Origin: Auanema rhodensis
Taxonomy: Eukaryota > Animalia > Nematoda
NCBI GenBank assembly: GCA_964057225.1
Contig: OZ059900.1
Coordinates: 2,976,001-3,040,000, forward strand
DNA: 64,000 nt
Direction of reading: 5' to 3'
The notes under the pieces were generated by a model, which searched no databases, had not been told where the DNA came from, and worked only from the letters and a program-made list of their open reading frames with translations. Position numbers and translations under genes: made by a program. Shown piece by piece: positions 58,271 to 64,000 of the stretch (position 1 is its first letter; each line of letters starts with the position of its first letter).

Positions 58271-61200
58271 AGATTCGAGAATCAAACACACAATGCACGA
58301 AATAAGTTTATTTTGACGAGTTTGCACTGATATTTATTCATTTTGATCAAAAAAGGTCGAAAATAGAAAGAATTTTTGAATTTTCCGAGTTTTGAGTCCA
58401 ATTGGGCTAAATCGCTCATATATATGATCAAAAGCATAGTTTTACTGTCTATGATAACAAAAGTCTTCAAATATACACTAATGATGTGTAAATCACTGAA
58501 TTTCACTCAAATAGCATTACTACACTAAGTATGGTCGTTTTTATGCCTTTAACACCATATACTCACCGATTTTTGGTACAAAATCTGTGATACTCGTAAA
58601 TTTTGATCATATTCGGTGAGATTCGAGAATCAAACACACAATACACGAAATAAGTTTATTTTTACGAGTTTGCACTGATATTTATTCATTTTGATCAAAA
58701 AAGGTCGAAAATAGAAAGAATTTTTGAAATTTCCGAGTTTTGAGTCTAATTTGGCTAAATCGCTCATATATATGATCAAAAGCATAGTTTTACTGTCTAT
58801 GATAACAAAAGTCTTCAAATATACACTAATAATGTGTAAATCACTGAATTTCACTCAAATAGCATTACTACACTAAGTATGGTCGTTTTTATGCCTTTAA
58901 CACCATATACTCACCGATTTTTGGTACAAAATCTGTGATACTCGTAAATTTTGATCATATTCGGTGAGATTCGAGAATCAAACACACAATACACGAAATA
59001 AGTTTATTTTTACGAGTTTGCACTGATATTTATTCATTTTGATCAAAAAAGGTCGAAAATAGAAAGAATTTTTGAAATTTCCGAGTTTTGAGTCTAATTT
59101 GGCTAAATCGCTCATATATATGATCAAAAGCATAGTTTTATTGTCTATGACAACAAAAGTCATCAATTAAACGCTAGTGATGTTTAAATACTGATTTTCG
59201 CTCAAATAGCATTACTACACTAAGTATGGTCGTTTTTATGCCTTTAACACCATATACTCACCGATTTTTGGTACAAAATCTGTGATACTCGTAAATTTTG
59301 ATCATATTCGGTGAGATTCGAGAATCAAACACACAATGCACGAAATAAGTTTATTTTGACGAGTTTGCACTGATATTTATTCATTTTGATCAAAAAAGGT
59401 CGAAAATAGAAAGAATTTTTGAATTTTCCGAGTTTTGAGTCTAATTTGGCTAAATCGCTCATATATATGATCGAAAGCATAGTTTTACTGTCTATGATAA
59501 CAAAAGTCTTCAAATATACACTAATAATGTGTAAATCACTGAATTTCACTCAAATAGCATTACTACACTAAGTATGGTCGTTTTTATGCCTTTAACACCA
59601 TATACTCACCGATTTTTGGTACAAAATCTGTAATACTCGTAAATTTTGATCATATTCGTTAAGATTTGAGAATCAAACATACAATACACAAAATCAGTCT
59701 ATTTTTATGAGCTTGCACTGATATATATTTATTTTGATCAAAAAAGGTCGAAAATAGAAAGAATTTTTGAAATTTCCGAGTTTTGAGTCTAATTTGGCTA
59801 AATCGCTCATATACATGATCAGAAGCATAGTTTTATTGTCTATGACAACAAAAGTCATCAATTAAACGCTAGTGATGTTTAAATACTGATTTTCGCTCAA
59901 ATAGCATTACTACACTAAGTATGGTCGTTTTTATGCCTTTAACACCATATACTCACCGATTTTTGGTACAAAATCTGTGATACTCGTAAATTTTGATCAT
60001 ATTCGGTGAGATTCGAGAATCAAACACACAATACACGAAATAAGTTTATTTTTACGAGTTTGCACTGATATTTATTCATTTTGATCAAAAAAGGTCGAAA
60101 ATAGAAAGAATTTTTGAAATTTCCGAGTTTTGAGTCTAATTTGGCTAAATCGCTCATATATATGATCAAAAGCATAGTTTTACTGTCTATGATAACAAAA
60201 GTCTTCAAATATACACTAATAATGTGTAAATCACTGAATTTCACTCAAATAGCATTACTACACTAAGTATGGTCGTTTTTATGCCTTTAACACCATATAC
60301 TCACCGATTTTTGGTACAAAATCTGTGATACTCGTAAATTTTGATCATATTCGGTGAGATTCGAGAATCAAACACACAATACACGAAATAAGTTTATTTT
60401 TACGAGTTTGCACTGATATTTATTCATTTTGATCAAAAAAGGTCGAAAATAGAAAGAATTTTTGAAATTTCCGAGTTTTGAGTCTAATTTGGCTAAATCG
60501 CTCATATATATGATCAAAAGCATAGTTTTATTGTCTATGACAACAAAAGTCATCAATTAAACGCTAGTGATGTTTAAATACTGATTTTCGCTCAAATAGC
60601 ATTACTACACTAAGTATGGTCGTTTTTATGCCTTTAACACCATATACTCACCGATTTTTGGTACAAAATCTGTGATACTCGTAAATTTTGATCATATTCG
60701 GTGAGATTCGAGAATCAAACACACAATGCACGAAATAAGTTTATTTTGACGAGTTTGCACTGATATTTATTCATTTTGATCAAAAAAGGTCGAAAATAGA
60801 AAGAATTTTTGAATTTTCCGAGTTTTGAGTCTAATTTGGCTAAATCGCTCATATATATGATCAAAAGCATAGTTTTACTGTCTATGATAACAAAAGTCTT
60901 CAAATATACACTAATAATGTGTAAATCACTGAATTTCACTCAAATAGCATTACTACACTAAGTATGGTCGTTTTTATGCCTTTAACACCATATACTCACC
61001 GATTTTTGGTACAAAATCTGTAATACTCGTAAATTTTGATCATATTCGTTAAGATTTGAGAATCAAACATACAATACACAAAATCAGTCTATTTTTATGA
61101 GCTTGCACTGATATATATTTATTTTGATCAAAAAAGGTCGAAAATAGAAAGAATTTTTGAAATTTCCGAGTTTTGAGTCTAATTTGGCTAAATCGCTCAT

Positions 61201-64000
61201 ATACATGATCAGAAGCATAGTTTTATTGTCTATGACAACAAAAGTCATCAATTAAACGCTAGTGATGTTTAAATACTGATTTTCGCTCAAATAGCATTAC
61301 TACACTAAGTATGGTCGTTTTTATGCCTTTAACACCATATACTCACCGATTTTTGGTACAAAATCTGTGATACTCGTAAATTTTGATCATATTCGGTGAG
61401 ATTCGAGAATCAAACACACAATACACGAAATAAGTTTATTTTTACGAGTTTGCACTGATATTTATTCATTTTGATCAAAAAAGGTCGAAAATAGAAAGAA
61501 TTTTTGAAATTTCCGAGTTTTGAGTCTAATTTGGCTAAATCGCTCATATATATGATCAAAAGCATAGTTTTACTGTCTATGATAACAAAAGTCTTCAAAT
61601 ATACACTAATAATGTGTAAATCACTGAATTTCACTCAAATAGCATTACTACACTAAGTATGGTCGTTTTTATGCCTTTAACACCATATACTCACCGATTT
61701 TTGGTACAAAATCTGTGATACTCGTAAATTTTGATCATATTCGGTGAGATTCGAGAATCAAACACACAATACACGAAATAAGTTTATTTTTACGAGTTTG
61801 CACTGATATTTATTCATTTTGATCAAAAAAGGTCGAAAATAGAAAGAATTTTTGAAATTTCCGAGTTTTGAGTCTAATTTGGCTAAATCGCTCATATATA
61901 TGATCAAAAGCATAGTTTTATTGTCTATGACAACAAAAGTCATCAATTAAACGCTAGTGATGTTTAAATACTGATTTTCGCTCAAATAGCATTACTACAC
62001 TAAGTATGGTCGTTTTTATGCCTTTAACACCATATACTCACCGATTTTTGGTACAAAATCTGTGATACTCGTAAATTTTGATCATATTCGGTGAGATTCG
62101 AGAATCAAACACACAATGCACGAAATAAGTTTATTTTGACGAGTTTGCACTGATATTTATTCATTTTGATCAAAAAAGGTCGAAAATAGAAAGAATTTTT
62201 GAATTTTCCGAGTTTTGAGTCCAATTGGGCTAAATCGCTCATATATATGATCAAAAGCATAGTTTTACTGTCTATGATAACAAAAGTCTTCAAATCTACA
62301 CTAATAATGTGTAAATCACTGAATTTCACTCAAATAGCATTACTACACTAAGTATGGTCGTTTTTATGCCTTTAACACCATATACTCACCGATTTTTGGT
62401 ACAAAATCTGTGATACTCGTAAATTTTGATCATATTCGGTGAGATTCGAGAATCAAACACACAATACACGAAATAAGTTTGTTTTTACGAGTTTGCACTG
62501 ATATTTATTCATTTTGATCAAAAAAGGTCGAAAATAGAAAGAATTTTTGAAATTTCCGAGTTTTGAGTCTAATTTGGCTAAATCGCTCATATATATGATC
62601 AAAAGCATAGTTTTATTGTCTATGACAACAAAAGTCATCAATTAAACGCTAGTGATGTTTAAATACTGATTTTCGCTCAAATAGCATTACTACACTAAGT
62701 ATGGTCGTTTTTATGCCTTTAACACCATATACTCACCGATTTTTGGTACAAAATCTGTGATACTCGTAAATTTTGATCATATTCGGTGAGATTCGAGAAT
62801 CAAACACACAATGCACGAAATAAGTTTATTTTGACGAGTTTGCACTGATATTTATTCATTTTGATCAAAAAAGGTCGAAAATAGAAAGAATTTTTGAATT
62901 TTCCGAGTTTTGAGTCCAATTGGGCTAAATCGCTCATATATATGATCAAAAGCATAGTTTTACTGTCTATGATAACAAAAGTCTTCAAATATACACTAAT
63001 GATGTGTAAATCACTGAATTTCACTCAAATAGCTTTACTACACTAAGTATGGTCGTTTTTATGCCTTTAACACCATATACTCACCGATTTTTGGTACAAA
63101 ATCTGTAATACTCGTAAATTTTGATCATATTCGTTAAGATTTGAGAATCAAACATACAATACACAAAATCAGTCTATTTTTATGAGCTTGCACTGATATA
63201 TATTCATTTTGATCAAAAAAGGTCGAAAATAGAAAGAATTTTTGAAATTTCCGAGTTTTGAGTCTAATTTGGCTAAATCGCTCATATATATGATCAAAAG
63301 CATAGTTTTACTGTCTATGATAACAAAAGTCTTCAAATATACACTAATAATGTGTAAATCACTGAATTTCACTCAAATAGCTTTACTACACTAAGTATGG
63401 TCGTTTTTATGCCTTTAACACCATATACTCACCGATTTTTGGTACAAAATCTGTGATACTCGTAAATTTTGATCATATTCGGTGAGATTCGAGAATCAAA
63501 CACACAATACACGAAATAAGTTTATTTTTACGAGTTTGCACTGATATTTATTCATTTTGATCAAAAAAGGTCGAAAATAGAAAGAATTTTTGAAATTTCC
63601 GAGTTTTGAGTCTAATTTGGCTAAATCGCTTATATATATGATCAAAAGCATAGTTTTACTGTCTATGATAACAAAAGTCTTCAAATATACACTAATAATG
63701 TGTAAATCACTGAATTTCACTCAAATAGCATTACTACACTAAGTATGGTCGTTTTTATGCCTTTAACACCATATACTCACCGATTTTTGGTACAAAATCT
63801 GTGATACTCGTAAATTTTGATCATATTCGGTGAGATTCGAGAATCAAACACACAATGCACGAAATAAGTTTATTTTGACGAGTTTGCACTGATATTTATT
63901 CATTTTGATCAAAAAAGGTCGAAAATAGAAAGAATTTTTTAATTTTCCGAGTTTTGAGTCCAATTGGGCTAAATCGCTCATATATATGATCAAAAGCATA

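Larger units (their letters stand above)
1..64000. repeat. Tandem satellite DNA array, 347/348-bp AT-rich monomer, ~184 copies, single orientation, open at both window ends
   Basis: TAAGATTTGAGAATC at 1 recurs at 349. ORF-track anchors recur at 348 or 347 bp steps across the window (e.g. 2101, 2449; 14274, 14622, 14969; 62105, 62453, 62800). Monomers differ at a limited, recurring set of sites. Monomer 1 has 100 G+C in 348 bp (~29%). No unique sequence was seen. Confidence 0.99.

Noticed and set aside
710-63720. Well over 100 near-identical 61-74 aa minus-strand ORFs (MKFSDLHIISV.../MMTFVVID...) as a tandem micropeptide gene family
   Set aside because: They recur only because the repeat recurs. 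Most start at GTG/TTG rather than ATG. Common monomer subtypes shorten them by an earlier stop, a frameshift or start loss, and many variants are non-synonymous. I recognise no domain. Ribo-seq or proteomic evidence would be needed to revive this.
1-64000. CRISPR array
   Set aside because: There are no unique spacers, the full 348 bp is repeated, and there are no cas genes.

Overview
The whole 64 kb window is one head-to-tail satellite DNA array: about 184 copies of an AT-rich 347/348-bp monomer, all in the same orientation (first monomer 1-348, about 29% GC by hand count). It looks like eukaryotic centromeric or heterochromatic satellite; I cannot assign family or host from sequence alone. 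I find no credible protein-coding genes, RNA genes, transposon insertions or CRISPR arrays, and the recurring 61-74 aa minus-strand ORFs are read-throughs of the repeat. The internal structure is what is informative. Monomers are mosaics of a few left-half and right-half haplotypes. They are arranged in shifting higher-order repeats (5-mer 1739 bp, 4-mers 1391/1390 bp, dimer 695 bp). Recent block duplications can be traced by private SNPs, and there is one short conversion-like tract and one register-breaking deletion (net 142 bp, at about 50380). Each monomer is dense in short dyad symmetries, with one compensatory-looking variant. I found no support for a new gene system; any novelty lies in the satellite itself and its higher-order dynamics.
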